The position numbers were made by a program, and so were the translations under genes. Below the pieces are notes generated by a model, which was not told where the DNA came from, ran no database searches, and saw only the letters and a program-made list of their open reading frames with translations. 64,000 nt of DNA from an uncultured Planctomycetaceae bacterium (GTDB lineage Bacteria > Planctomycetota > Planctomycetia > Planctomycetales > Planctomycetaceae), in the NCBI GenBank assembly GCA_963815195.1, contig CAWFGE010000010.1, positions 454,857 to 518,856 on the forward strand, read 5' to 3'. Shown in pieces: positions 10,217-20,159 of the stretch (position 1 is the first letter of the stretch; every line of letters begins with the position of its first letter).

Positions 10217-10493
10217 TCAAATAGCCGTAAGGTGTTTTGGTTCAGCGGGAAACGGAATTTGGACGGGTTGGTGTTAGTGAATTGAAGATGACCTCCTGTC
10301 GCAGATTTCACGGCATCCTGCCGCGAAGGTTTTGCGCTTTCGGGCCAATCCCGAAGGGGTGACCCAAGGGACGGGATCGAATCCTCGGATTCGATCCCGT
10401 CTTCGGTCTTGGCTCCTGGGACGGCGCTCCGGTTGCTCCTCAGCAGAGCCGTATCCTCCGCCCAGGTTGTCTTCGATTGTGCCAAGCCGCTTC

Positions 10494-10811
10494 TCATCGG
10501 GCAACCTCCTGGCGCTTTGATTGTCGAGCCGCTTGGCGGCGCTGGCGGGCTTCTTCCAATTTGCGGTTACGTTCGGCAAAGATTTCTTTTTCGATCCCGG
10601 CGAGTTTGTCGCTGGGTGTGACATACCCGATGGCCGAGTGCAAGCGGACGTTGTTGTAATGCTCGACGTAATTTTGGATTCGCCTTTGAGCTTCCTCCAA
10701 GCTGGCGGGACAGGTGACCCGAATGCACTCCGACTTGAGGCTGCCGTGCCAGCGTTCGATCTTGCCGTTCGATTGCGGGTAATAAGGACTCGTCCGCACA
10801 TGGGTTGCTCC
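10494..10811 (-). pseudogene. IS3-family transposase C-terminal fragment
   Basis: THVRTSPYYPQSNGKIERWHGSLKSE...YNNVRLHSAIGYVTP, the end of the integrase core. Confidence 0.85.
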
Positions 10812-10895
10812 TGTCGGAGAACCCGAAGGTTTACGCAGTTACGGAACCCGAACTGTTACGCACCGATTTCCCCCAAGCGCGGTGGCTTTGGGGGC

Positions 10896-10927
10896 TTGAA
10901 AATCCCCCGCGCGCGGGGGATTTTCAA
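10896..10927. repeat. Perfect 32-bp palindrome downstream of istB
   Basis: TTGAAAATCCCCCGCG|CGCGGGGGATTTTCAA. Confidence 0.9.
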
Positions 10928-10954
10928 ATTTTCTGACCGGGCCGGGGGCTTCGC

Positions 10955-11872
10955 CTATTCGCCCGGTCTGGATGCTCCCTCGGACCTTGCCGAGTCGGAA
11001 GCGGGCCGAGTCGAGTCCCGAACCGGTTCCTTGGCCGAAGTCAGCGACGTGATCGACCGTTCGCCAAGTTGAGCATCTAACTCTTTCAATCGGTAGCTGC
11101 GGCCTTGGATGTTGAGCACGGTTGCGTTGTGAAGCAAACGATCCAAAATCGCGCCCGCAAGAACCTCATCATCCGCCAGCACGCTGGGCCAACTGGCAAT
11201 CCCTTTGTTCGTCGTGATCGCAATCGAAGAGCCCTTCGCGTAACGATAGTTCACAACGCGGAACAACAGATTCGCACTTTCGCGATCCAATTGCTCATAA
11301 CCAAACTCGTCGAGGACCACCAAGTTGGAGGACATGTACTTGCGGTGCTTCAAACGGGCCGGGCTCAATTCCGCGTCCTTGCGCAGCTGATGAAGCAGTT
11401 CCTCCACGAGATAAAAACTCACCGAGAAACCCGTCTCGATCGCACGGGTCGCCAGCGCGACAACCAGATGCGTTTTTCCCACACCCGGCGGTCCTTGCAG
11501 CAACAATGCCCCGCCATCCCGAATCCACTGGCCGGTCCCCAGCGTTTCGATTTGACTCCGCGAAACCGACGGTTGGAAGGCGAAGTCGAAGTTCGCAATC
11601 GTGGGTCCCGTGGGCAAGTGGGAAATGCGAAGCGCTTGAGTCACGCGTCGCTCTTCTTGACGTTCCAGCTCCAATCGCAACAACGCATCCAGAAACGCGC
11701 CATAACTCTGCTGACTCTTCACAGCCGCCGCGATCAGGTCGGGAATCGCTTCGGCCGCGAAGGTCAATCGCATCGCCTCCAGGCGTTCGCTCAGGGCCTC
11801 CACATCTTCCGTCGGTTTCGGGCAGGGCAAAATCCCCGCCGCATGCAGGCGTCGTGTTTGGGCAATTCTCAT
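10955..11872 (-). CDS. istB: IS21-family helper ATPase IstB
   Basis: FDFAFQPS, Walker A GPPGVGKTHL, Walker B LVVLDEFGY, ITTNK, AILDRLLH, GRSYR. Confidence 0.95.
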   Translation of the reverse strand: MRIAQTRRLHAAGILPCPKPTEDVEALSERLEAMRLTFAAEAIPDLIAAAVKSQQSYGAFLDALLRLELERQEERRVTQALRISHLPTGPTIANFDFAFQPSVSRSQIETLGTGQWIRDGGALLLQGPPGVGKTHLVVALATRAIETGFSVSFYLVEELLHQLRKDAELSPARLKHRKYMSSNLVVLDEFGYEQLDRESANLLFRVVNYRYAKGSSIAITTNKGIASWPSVLADDEVLAGAILDRLLHNATVLNIQGRSYRLKELDAQLGERSITSLTSAKEPVRDSTRPASDSARSEGASRPGE

Positions 11873-12014
11873 TGGGCCACCTCCGCCAGTTGCGCGTAAA
11901 TCTCAATCGAGCGCAGCTGAACCGGCAGCGATGCGATCTCGTTCAACTTGCGGGCCATCTGCCCCAAAGGTCGCGGGGCTACAACGTCATCGGTCTCATC
12001 CCCCTCGTAGCACG
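11869..12014 (-). pseudogene. istA: IS21 transposase IstA C-terminal remnant
   Basis: Reads ...VQLRSIEIYAQLAEVAQ*, with its stop overlapping the istB start. Confidence 0.65.
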
Positions 12015-12455
12015 GTCATCGACTCCCGCAACTCCCAGTGCAGGATCGCCCGACGGCAGCCATCCAAGACGCTGGTCAGGTAATAAAACGTGCCTTCGAT
12101 GTTGATGTAAGACACATCAATGTGCCAGTGTTCGTGGGGTTTTAAAGGCTGCACGAACCCCGTGCCTTTCTTGGAGGGCGAGAACTTGCCCTGGTCCAGA
12201 CGCCGATTCGCTTTGAGTACGCGATAGACCGTGGCCGGGCTACAGGCGGCCACGTCCTCATCGAGCATCATGAACGTCAATCGGCGATAACCTTCCAAGG
12301 GATGCAGGTCATGATAGTCCAAAATCGCGGTCTTCTCCCAGTCCTCCAACCAGTGGTCTCTGGGGATCTGGCCATTGTGCTCGTTGGCCTTTCCATAGCG
12401 ATTCTTCCACGAGTGAAACTTGCTCGTTCCCAGTTCCAACCAAGCCAAAAGTTTT
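12014..12455 (-). pseudogene. IS3-family transposase N-terminal/central fragment
   Basis: GYRRLTFMMLD, SPATVYRVLK, HEHWHIDVSY, YLTSVLDG. Confidence 0.85.
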
Positions 12456-12500
12456 GCCTCCTCACCAGAATCTGTGGGTGAACTCTGGTTCGGGGAGCTT

Positions 12501-12664
12501 GGCGAACACGCTGCTGCAAAAGCCAATGACCGCGCCGGTGGGGAAGCTCACGTTGATGCCGAGCTTGCTGTAATCGCCCACGAGCATACCCACGAACATT
12601 TCGCCGGTTTCGACGGGTTGGCCGTTGATGGGCACGCGCACGGTGCCGTAGGTGTTTTTGAGAT
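12501..12664. repeat. 164-bp direct repeat, copy 1 (fragment of the nucleotidyltransferase gene; att-like)
   Basis: Matches 28211-28374 with 6 mismatches, all synonymous in the minus-strand reading frame. Confidence 0.95.
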
Positions 12665-12675
12665 GACTCGTCCAG

Positions 12676-14199
12676 CTAACCGCCATATTGCTGGTCGGCA
12701 TAGAACGCTTTCACGGCCACGAGCAGCGCGTAGTTGGTGGCGTGCAGGGCATCGTCGGGCTGAGTTTCGGGATGGCTGTAGCGGATGGTGCGGTTCTCGT
12801 CGTCATATTCGGCAACTTCTGCAGCGAACTCATCCAGGTAACTGCCCGAGTCCTCCCAGCGGGGAAAAAGGATCTGTTGCTTTTTGACCCGCGAGAGCAC
12901 GACGCCGAGGCTCGCAGAGCGGTTGACGGTCCATTTGGTTAAGATCCCGTCGGCGCGGGGCGGATGATCGGCTGCGGAATACAAGATCGCATAAAGCCCA
13001 CCGGGACTCGTGAGCCGGTCCAGCAGCAAACGGTTATAGACATGGCCATTCCCGCCGCCGTCAGCGGCAATCAGGGGGACGCGGAATTGGGCACACCGCT
13101 GGGCGACAGCGCTTAAGATGTGGTTGGGATCTTCCGTTGCGGCAAATCGCTCGAAACGGCAGATTTGGAAGTGAAAGTCCGAACGCATGTAGCCGAGAAC
13201 GAGGACCGTCCGCGACGTGCCACCGCCGCCCCAATCGATGCCGGCCACGAGATTCCGCCGGCCCAAGTGAGGAATCTCCTCAAGTGACTGAGCCATCGGA
13301 ATCTCGCGGCAGCAAGCCTCGAGTTCCGCGCGGGTAACGACGTGATCGCCGGTGGTTGTGGATAGCCCTAAGACTTCGTTTTTGAACTTCGCGAGATCGT
13401 AACTCCGCTGCCGCTCCAGGATCTCGTCATAGTTGAGCCAAGGCACCATCGGGTGGCAAATCCAGTAGCCGTCCCCCCAACTCGCCTGGGGATTACGGGA
13501 AACCCAGCGGCCGGATGAGGGGTCGAGCGGCGCGGCGCAGTCGGGGCAGCGAAGGCCGTCGGGTCCCAGGCTGTGTTCATCGAGTATGACGCCCCTTTGG
13601 CAGACGGGGCAATCCAGCGTCCACTCGTGGGCCATCGACTGGCGAAACATCGATTCTAAGTGGTTGTCGACGGACTTGGGCGTGCCCGTCAGGATCGTTC
13701 GGCCGTTTTCGGCGTGGCTCAAGGTCTCCTGCAGAACGGGCAAATCGCCCTCCGCCACGTCTTGGAACTCGTCCACCAGCAGCAAATGGGCGCTGAGTCC
13801 CCGGCAGGAATCGCCCGAGTGGTAGGCGGTGCGCAGGTGGACCGCGGAGCCGTTGGCAAACTGCATATTCATAACCTGCGGCTGCCGGCCTCGGCGACCC
13901 AGAAGCTGGCGGCGGATCAGGGGACTCTGATTCAAGGACGGCAACAAGCGGATTTTACTGAAGACATGGGCCTGTTCGATCCGCGGGCACACAAACAGAA
14001 TCTGCACGCCGGGATTTGTGCAGGCTTCGTAGAGGATCGTGTTCACGAGAAAGGTGCTTTTTTCCGTCTGGCGGCTGCACCTGAGAACGAGGTTCCGCCC
14101 CGCCCTGGCATAGATGGCGGGCAAATACGGCCGGCCCTCAAAGGAAATCAGCGAGCGGTTCAAAAACACGAACCGCTCGCAAAACGTAAGCTTACTCAT
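12676..14199 (-). CDS. Phage terminase large subunit-like ATPase-nuclease (GpA-like)
   Basis: Walker A-like SRQTEKST, Walker B LLLVDEFQD, GTPK, CPVC/CPDC Zn site, FKNEVLG, RNase H-like acidic motifs AGIDWG, AADGGG, DDALHA. Confidence 0.85.
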   Translation of the reverse strand: MSKLTFCERFVFLNRSLISFEGRPYLPAIYARAGRNLVLRCSRQTEKSTFLVNTILYEACTNPGVQILFVCPRIEQAHVFSKIRLLPSLNQSPLIRRQLLGRRGRQPQVMNMQFANGSAVHLRTAYHSGDSCRGLSAHLLLVDEFQDVAEGDLPVLQETLSHAENGRTILTGTPKSVDNHLESMFRQSMAHEWTLDCPVCQRGVILDEHSLGPDGLRCPDCAAPLDPSSGRWVSRNPQASWGDGYWICHPMVPWLNYDEILERQRSYDLAKFKNEVLGLSTTTGDHVVTRAELEACCREIPMAQSLEEIPHLGRRNLVAGIDWGGGGTSRTVLVLGYMRSDFHFQICRFERFAATEDPNHILSAVAQRCAQFRVPLIAADGGGNGHVYNRLLLDRLTSPGGLYAILYSAADHPPRADGILTKWTVNRSASLGVVLSRVKKQQILFPRWEDSGSYLDEFAAEVAEYDDENRTIRYSHPETQPDDALHATNYALLVAVKAFYADQQYGG

Positions 14200-14581
14200 C
14201 GTCGGCGCCGTCCTTCAGAACCAGGGCGATCTGCTCTTGGGTGAGGATCGGTTCTAGCATGCTGAGGATGTCGGGATTCTGGCGCGCCAGTTCCAAAACG
14301 TCGGCGTTCGAAAGCCCGGCCTCGCCGGCGCGGGTTTGGGATTTCTCATGCTGCTTAAGAATCTCCTGGTAGTTGGCCCGGATGGCATTGGCCTGGGCGG
14401 GCTTGAGGATCCCGATCGCGATCAGGCCCGGCAACTGCGCGAGAGCCCGGAGACACTCCTGCGTATCGGGAATCGGAGACGCGCCGCGGCTCTGGGTCTG
14501 GCGGGTTTTCTCTCCTTTTGCTTTTTCCTTGGGCTGCGGCGAATCCTCACCGGCGGGCCCGGGAAGCGTGAGTTGGGACAT
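14192..14581 (-). CDS. Small helical hypothetical protein coupled to the terminase-like gene (small-subunit position)
   Basis: GGAGG RBS before ATG 14581; stop overlaps the terminase start by 8 nt; 129 aa. Confidence 0.7.
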   Translation of the reverse strand: MSQLTLPGPAGEDSPQPKEKAKGEKTRQTQSRGASPIPDTQECLRALAQLPGLIAIGILKPAQANAIRANYQEILKQHEKSQTRAGEAGLSNADVLELARQNPDILSMLEPILTQEQIALVLKDGADDE

Positions 14582-14766
14582 TACATCCTCCGTGAAATGG
14601 AATCGAAAACGAACAGCTTGAGTCAGGATCAACACGCCTGACTCAGGGTGAGTCTGCGAGACGGACTGCTTGGATCCTTCGGGATTTCCCGGTATTTTCG
14701 GGTGTTTGGCTCGGGCATCGATGAAGGAAGACCTCTGTATGATTTGTTCAAGTCGGCACACCTCGC

Positions 14767-15602
14767 TCAGGTATTTCTCGATTGATAAAAGTGCTGATCA
14801 AGTCCCGCCAAGAGTTCGCCGGCGTGCTCCGTCGTCATCGCCCCGCGAATTTTTTTGGCGAGGCTTCGTACTGTCGTCGGGCGGGTCATCTTAAGTTTTT
14901 CGGCCAGCTCGGCCGTGCCCATTGTCGGCTGCCAAAGCAGCCAGCGAACCGCATCGAACCACGTGGTCAAGGCGAGCGGCGACCGGGCCATGACCGTGCC
15001 GGACCGGAGCCCGACTTGACGATTGCAGTTTTTGCATTCCCAACTCTTCCTGTCCGCAAAATAGTAGCCGTCGGCCGCGCCACAGCGGCACGGTCGTTCG
15101 CCCCGGCGGAAGCGGTCCGCGAGATAGGCTTCGCAGGCCGCTTCGTCGGGGAACGGCGGAGGGCACGTCGATCCATCGCTGGCTTCCCGCTTTTTCCGGC
15201 GGGCCTGAAGCTCTTCGAGCTTGCGCACGCGCGATAAAATGCCCGGCTGTGACCGAGAGCCTGCCGTTCGGAACGCTCGGCCGCCTCGGTCGACATCGCC
15301 CCGGCGAGGACGGCATCTTTCGCCTCGACATCCGGGAGGATTGTCCATTCCAAGGCTGGGAGCCTTAGAGCCGCGTGCCGCTCGATGGCCTCCGACGCCA
15401 CGCCCCATCGCTCCATCGCCGCCGCCTGCCGCGCCATGTCCCCCACGATCGCGATTTCGGTCGGCCCAACCGGCTGATGCTCCTCGAGAAAAAGACCATG
15501 GAAGTGCAAGGTCCGGTCCCGGCCTAACACCAGCGGCAGATTCCGATCGTCCGACGCAACCGCATCCAAGGTCACCATGTCCATTGCCGAATTGTATGCC
15601 AT
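14767..15602 (-). CDS. Helical domain fused to IS1595-type Zn-ribbon/HTH, no DDE domain (frameshift ~15230)
   Basis: FPDEAACEAYL..R, CRC..WECKNC, QVGLRSGTVM..SPLALTTWF, AELAEKL..TVRSLAKKIRGAM, then stop; N-terminal part (EEHQPVGPTE..RAFYRA) is in the adjacent frame. Confidence 0.7.
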
Positions 15603-15814
15603 CGTTCTTACTCCAGCGCTTCATTCTCGGAACTTGGAGCGGGAGATCGAGCGGACTTTAGGTGGAGTTCGAAAAAAATCCGTCGTGAGGCGAAGAGCCG
15701 GGGAATCGAAGACTAAATTGCTTGCGGTCGCTGGCGGCGACGGCTTGTCCTTAATTTGTCGTCAGGTACGACAGGAATTTCGACGTCGGCCTGCGGAGAG
15801 ACTCTCGTGGACTC

Positions 15815-16417
15815 CTACGAGCCGACGGTGTGCCATTGGATTTTCGTTCCTCCCTCGCGCTGGCGAAACTCGATGGCGGTGAGGCCGTTTTTGAGAGATC
15901 GCAACGTCTCGCGGACCTTGGCTGAATCAAAGCCGCTGGGAGCGGGAACCTGCTCAGGCCAGCCAGCTTGTTCGAAGGCATCTAACACGATCTCGACGTT
16001 GGAGGGTTTTTGGTGCGTTCGAACCGTTCGGATTGCTTCACCGCGAAACCGGATTTGTCCCGCGCTTCGAGCCCACTGAGGGCGATCTTCCAATGGAAGC
16101 GGGGCGTGATCGCCGAGGGCTTCGAACAGCCGCACCGCCCAGCGATCATCCACCAAACGGAGCTGCTGAGCCAAATCGACGGCGGCCACATAGGGACTCT
16201 CAATCCTTCTTATGTGCTGCCAGAGACGGATGGTTCCTCCGTGGCTTTCCCAAGCCGCGGGGAGATCGTCCTCCAGTTGGATCTGTTGATGGCGGGTTAA
16301 GAGCGTATCCCACATCTCTTCAGCCGCAGTGTTGTTGTTGACGCGCAGCACGCACTCTCGCAACTTGGTTAATAGACGTTGCGACAGATTCTCGATGGTT
16401 GGCGAATGACCGAACAT
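15815..16417 (-). CDS. Hypothetical protein with putative C-terminal winged-helix-like domain
   Basis: PQW...IRFRG...NVEIVLDAFEQAGWP pattern recalled from planctomycete hypothetical proteins; ATG at 16417. Confidence 0.6.
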   Translation of the reverse strand: MFGHSPTIENLSQRLLTKLRECVLRVNNNTAAEEMWDTLLTRHQQIQLEDDLPAAWESHGGTIRLWQHIRRIESPYVAAVDLAQQLRLVDDRWAVRLFEALGDHAPLPLEDRPQWARSAGQIRFRGEAIRTVRTHQKPSNVEIVLDAFEQAGWPEQVPAPSGFDSAKVRETLRSLKNGLTAIEFRQREGGTKIQWHTVGS

Positions 16418-17130
16418 ACGATATTCCCTGTCTTGGACTGAGCTCAGGAATGGACAGAATAAACCGCCAGAGCACGTACCCTGCGATTTCCAGACATCTA
16501 CTTCAATTATTCCCTCGGCGGATCCCCTAGGGATCACGAAACGAAGCTCCTCAATTCCCCTTGGCATCTGCGGGTTACCACGTGATCGCGCCGGACAACC
16601 TATTTCAGGGACATGGGTCGCAGGTCCTACTCATGCAGCTTGAATCCGAGAGATTTCAGGAGGGACCCGGGCTTTATTGCGACACTTGAGAATTCTCAAA
16701 CGCGCGGGAGTTCGGGACAGAAGATGCGTTCATCAAGACGCGATCCCAGCACGAACGGCGCACGCCTCCCGCACGGAACGAAATCGGCCTAAATTCGGCC
16801 GATTTTTGCGTCAAGTAACAAGATGACAGCGGTTTAGATCGGGAACACCGCTCCACAAGCCCGTCAATCGACATTTCGCTCTGGTCGATGGCCAATTCTT
16901 CCCATGGACTGGCGAGAAACTTGTCGGCAATCGATCTGAATTCCAGTCGCCAGAGGGAAAGCTGGGCGATGCGAGTCCCTCGCGTTGCTAAATTTCTGCA
17001 GATTCCGGGCATTATCACTTGAGGGAGATCTTACCCTTCGAAGCGTCGTCTCAGTGCTATTCCCGCGATCGGCTTTGGAGGCCATCCGGGATCTCGTTTT
17101 TGGTCAAGGCGGTCGGTCTTTTCTCTCCGC

Positions 17131-17685
17131 ATGAAAAGAGGTAACTCGATGACATCCCGAATTTGGAAAGCCAATTTGCAACCGGAAGATCTCACTGCGG
17201 TCATCGATACGCGCGAAAAGAACCCTTTGGAGTTGTCCCCGCTTTGCGTGGAGCGTCGGAGTTTGGTCACCGGCGATTACACCGTAAAAGGACTCGAACA
17301 TCTGGTGGCGATCGAGCGCAAGAGCCTTTCGGATTTGTTAGCGTGCATTGGCCAGCAGCGGGAGCGGTTTGAGCGGGAAGTCCAGCGGCTGTTGGCTTAT
17401 CCGGTGCGGGCCTTGGTTGTGGAAGCGGCCTGGGCCGAATTGGAAGCCGGGAAATGGACGACATCGCAGGTCACGGCTTCTGCTGCGATGGGCAGTTGCC
17501 TGGGCTGGGTCGCGCGGGGCCTGCCGGTGTTATTGGCCACGGATCATGCCGGGGCTGGGCGGTGCGTTTCGCGACTCTTATGGGTGACCGCGCGCCGCCG
17601 TTGGCGGGAGGACCGGGAACTGATCGGCTCGGCTTTGGACCCGCGGCGAACCGGCTTAGCTCGCCCGACGTTGTGCGAATCGTGA
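17131..17685 (+). CDS. ERCC4/XPF-domain nuclease
   Basis: VIDTRE, GDY, IERKSLSDL, RFERE, LVVEA motifs. Confidence 0.9.
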   Translation: MKRGNSMTSRIWKANLQPEDLTAVIDTREKNPLELSPLCVERRSLVTGDYTVKGLEHLVAIERKSLSDLLACIGQQRERFEREVQRLLAYPVRALVVEAAWAELEAGKWTTSQVTASAAMGSCLGWVARGLPVLLATDHAGAGRCVSRLLWVTARRRWREDRELIGSALDPRRTGLARPTLCES

Positions 17686-17765
17686 AAGCCGGCGCGGACG
17701 TGCGTAGAATTGTTTATGATCAGCTTAAACCGGTTCAACATGTCATTGGGAGGAGAAAGTCGATC

Positions 17766-18495
17766 ATGCCCATGCACGACTGGATGCGGGGATTTTTCAT
17801 GCGTTTCATCACGAATGGATTTCCGAAATCTCGCGGGCTTTGAACCAAAGCCTCTTGCCCGAGGACTACTATGCCCTTCCGGAGCAAGTCGCCGCCGGCT
17901 TCGGTCCCGATGTGTTGACGCTCCAAGGCGAGAGGTCGGACGATCATCAAGGCGCCAGCGCCTCCGATACGACTGTGCGCCGGCGGCGACCGGGCTTCAG
18001 GCTCGTCCCCAAACGCGGTACACCGCCGAGACGCAGTCAGAGTTTGCCCGCAGGAGAAAAAGTTCCGTGGTCGTCCGGCATGTCAGCGGCGATCGCATTG
18101 TAGCGATGGTCGAGATCCTCTCACCCGGAAACAAATCCAATCCGCACGCGTTTCAAGCCTTTGTGGACGAGGTCTCTGAACCGCTCGAGCATCGCATCCA
18201 TTTGCTGATCATCGACCCATTCCCGCCGGGTCCGCGCGATCCCAACGGCATCCACGCGGCGATCTGGGAACAAATTGAGGAAACGTCCTTCGAACCGCCC
18301 GCCGAAGAACCACTGACCGCGGCCTACGAATGCGACCTCACAACCCGGGCCTACATCGAGTCGCTCGCCGTCGGCGAAGTTCTTCCCGACATGCCCCTGT
18401 TCTTGGAACCGAATGCATGCGTGATGCTGCCCTTGGAAACGACCTACCAGGCGGCGTTTTCCGTCATGCCCCGCCGCTGGCAGGCGGTGCTTTAA
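17766..18495 (+). pseudogene. DUF4058-family protein, frameshifted
   Basis: MPMHDW / FHAFHHEW / YYALPEQ..PDV / VAMVEILSPGNK / HLLIIDPFPP / LPDMPLFL spread across three frames. Confidence 0.75.
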
Positions 18496-18528
18496 ATCCC
18501 GCCGGATCGATGACTACGGTTAGCATTC

Positions 18529-19209
18529 ATGGGACTCACCATTCATTACAAGTTGGCATCCGACGCACCGAACCGGGACGCCGCGCGGCGCCTCGTTGAA
18601 AATCTGCATCGCGCGGCCTGCGAATTGCCGTTCGCCGAAGTCGGCGATGTGGCGGAATTCGCCGGCGATGAGGCCGACGATCCGGACCCCGGCGAAGCCT
18701 GGCTGCGCATGCAGTCCGAATATATCCTCGTCCGCGGCGAGCGTGCCGCGTTTATTCCGCCGCTCTATGCGATCGCGTTCACGACTTCTCCCGGTGAAGG
18801 CTCTGAATCCGCCAACTTCGGCCTCTCCCGGTATCCGGCCACCGTCGAAGCGGCCGGGCAGACGATCTCCACCGGCTTGGACCATTGGCATTGGCAATCG
18901 TTTTGTAAGACGCAATACGCCTCGAACCCCAGCGACGGCGGGATCGAAAATTTTCTGAAATGCCATCTGTCCATCGTCCGCCTGCTGGACCGGGCCCGGG
19001 AACTCGCCGTCCTCTCGGAAGTTCATGATGCGAGCGGATTTTGGGACGATCGCAATCTGCCGAAGCTCGTGGAAACCATCGGCCAGTGGAATCGGCACAT
19101 CGCGGGGTTCGTCGGGCGGTTCAAAGACCAACTCGGACACGATTTTGTTGCACCGATCACGGATTATCGGAATTTCGAACATTTGGAAGCCGACGACCAG
19201 AACCCATAG
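18529..19209 (+). CDS. Conserved hypothetical protein
   Basis: MGLTIHY start, PGEGSESANFGL, SFCKTQYAS, FLKCHL motifs; clean 226-aa ORF. Confidence 0.75.
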   Translation: MGLTIHYKLASDAPNRDAARRLVENLHRAACELPFAEVGDVAEFAGDEADDPDPGEAWLRMQSEYILVRGERAAFIPPLYAIAFTTSPGEGSESANFGLSRYPATVEAAGQTISTGLDHWHWQSFCKTQYASNPSDGGIENFLKCHLSIVRLLDRARELAVLSEVHDASGFWDDRNLPKLVETIGQWNRHIAGFVGRFKDQLGHDFVAPITDYRNFEHLEADDQNP

Positions 19210-19274
19210 CCCCAAATCGATGGCCCTCAGCGCCATTTCCATCCTGCGGACTTAACCGGATCTCTTCGTAGATC

Positions 19275-19324
19275 AAACGCCCCTGGATCGATCCTCTTTT
19301 GGATCGGTCTGGGGGCGTTTTTTT
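19275..19324 (+). terminator. Intrinsic terminator-like hairpin
   Basis: AAACGCCCCTGGATCGATCC / GGATCGGTCTGGGGGCGTTT stem followed by a T-run. Confidence 0.65.
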
Positions 19325-19413
19325 GTGCGCTCTCGGCGCGGTCCGGGGGCGGTGTGTTTTTTTGACACGCCGTCCCCGGCGTGGGGGCGGCCCTACTGAA
19401 GGAGGTCGTTTCC

Positions 19414-20070
19414 ATGACCCAACTCTCTTCTCCGATGCCTGCCTTGTCCGCCCCGCCTTCGTCTCCTCAATCGACGCCGTCACGAACACGAACACCATGG
19501 CACGCGGAGTTTCTTCCGATGCTGCCCAGAATCCAAGAGCATGCCAGCTACCACTTCCGCCATTGGCCTGAGGATCTCCGCGAGGAGGCGATCCAAGAAA
19601 CCCTCGCCAATGCCTGCCAGGCGTATGCCCGACTCGCCCAACGCGGGGCAACCGGCTCGGCCACCTGGAGCAGTCTCGCCAAGTACGCCATCCGGCAAGT
19701 TCGGACGGGGCGGAAGGTGGGCGGCTCGCTCAACGTTCGCGATGTGAGTTCCCGCTATTGCCAACGGCACTACGGTGTCTCAGTCCATAATCTCCATCGC
19801 TGGGATGATGAGAATCAGGAATGGACGGAGATGGTCGTGGAAGACCGCCGGACCACTCCCGCTGACATCGCGGCGCTTCGGATCGACTTTTGGGAGTTCC
19901 TCAAATCCCTTTCCCGCCGCCACCGCAAGATCGCGCTCAAACTCGCCAAAGGCTATTCCACATCGGCTGTGGCCAAGATGTTCGAGCTCTCGGCGGCCCG
20001 GATTTCCCAGATCCGCCGGGAACTCGACGATGCCTGGCAAGCCTTCCACGGCGAGCCGGCCTGCGTCTGA
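19414..20070 (+). CDS. Sigma-70/ECF-like protein with C-terminal HTH
   Basis: AAGGAGGT RBS; region-2-like EEAIQETLANA; region-4-like LSRRHRKIALKLAKGYSTSAVAKMFELSAARISQIRREL. Confidence 0.7.
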   Translation: MTQLSSPMPALSAPPSSPQSTPSRTRTPWHAEFLPMLPRIQEHASYHFRHWPEDLREEAIQETLANACQAYARLAQRGATGSATWSSLAKYAIRQVRTGRKVGGSLNVRDVSSRYCQRHYGVSVHNLHRWDDENQEWTEMVVEDRRTTPADIAALRIDFWEFLKSLSRRHRKIALKLAKGYSTSAVAKMFELSAARISQIRRELDDAWQAFHGEPACV

Positions 20071-20159
20071 GCTTTGTCAGCATCTCCCACGCGGTGACCG
20101 ACTTCATCTCACTTCCCCGTTCCGTTCCGGTACGAGCAATCAAGGAGATCCTTTTATTT

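Larger units (their letters stand above)
10812..12014 (-). mobile_element. IS21-family remnant (right end, istB, 3' tip of istA)
   Basis: End starts TGTCGG at 10812 with two tandem GAACCCGAA-N-TTACGCA repeats (10818-10862); istA/istB ATGA overlap at 11869-11872. Confidence 0.85.
10233..12460 (-). mobile_element. IS3-family element remnant interrupted by an IS21 remnant
   Basis: Putative right IR starts TGTTTTGGTTCAGCGGGAAACGGA at 10233; transposase pieces at 10494-10811 and ~12014-12455; no orfA or left end seen. Confidence 0.8.

Noticed and set aside
12501..12664. 164-bp repeat as a DGR template/variable pair
   Set aside because: Mismatches are synonymous and not adenine-restricted, and there is no reverse transcriptase.
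14767..15230. Functional IS1595 transposase
   Set aside because: The ORF stops after the HTH; no DDE domain or terminal inverted repeats were seen.
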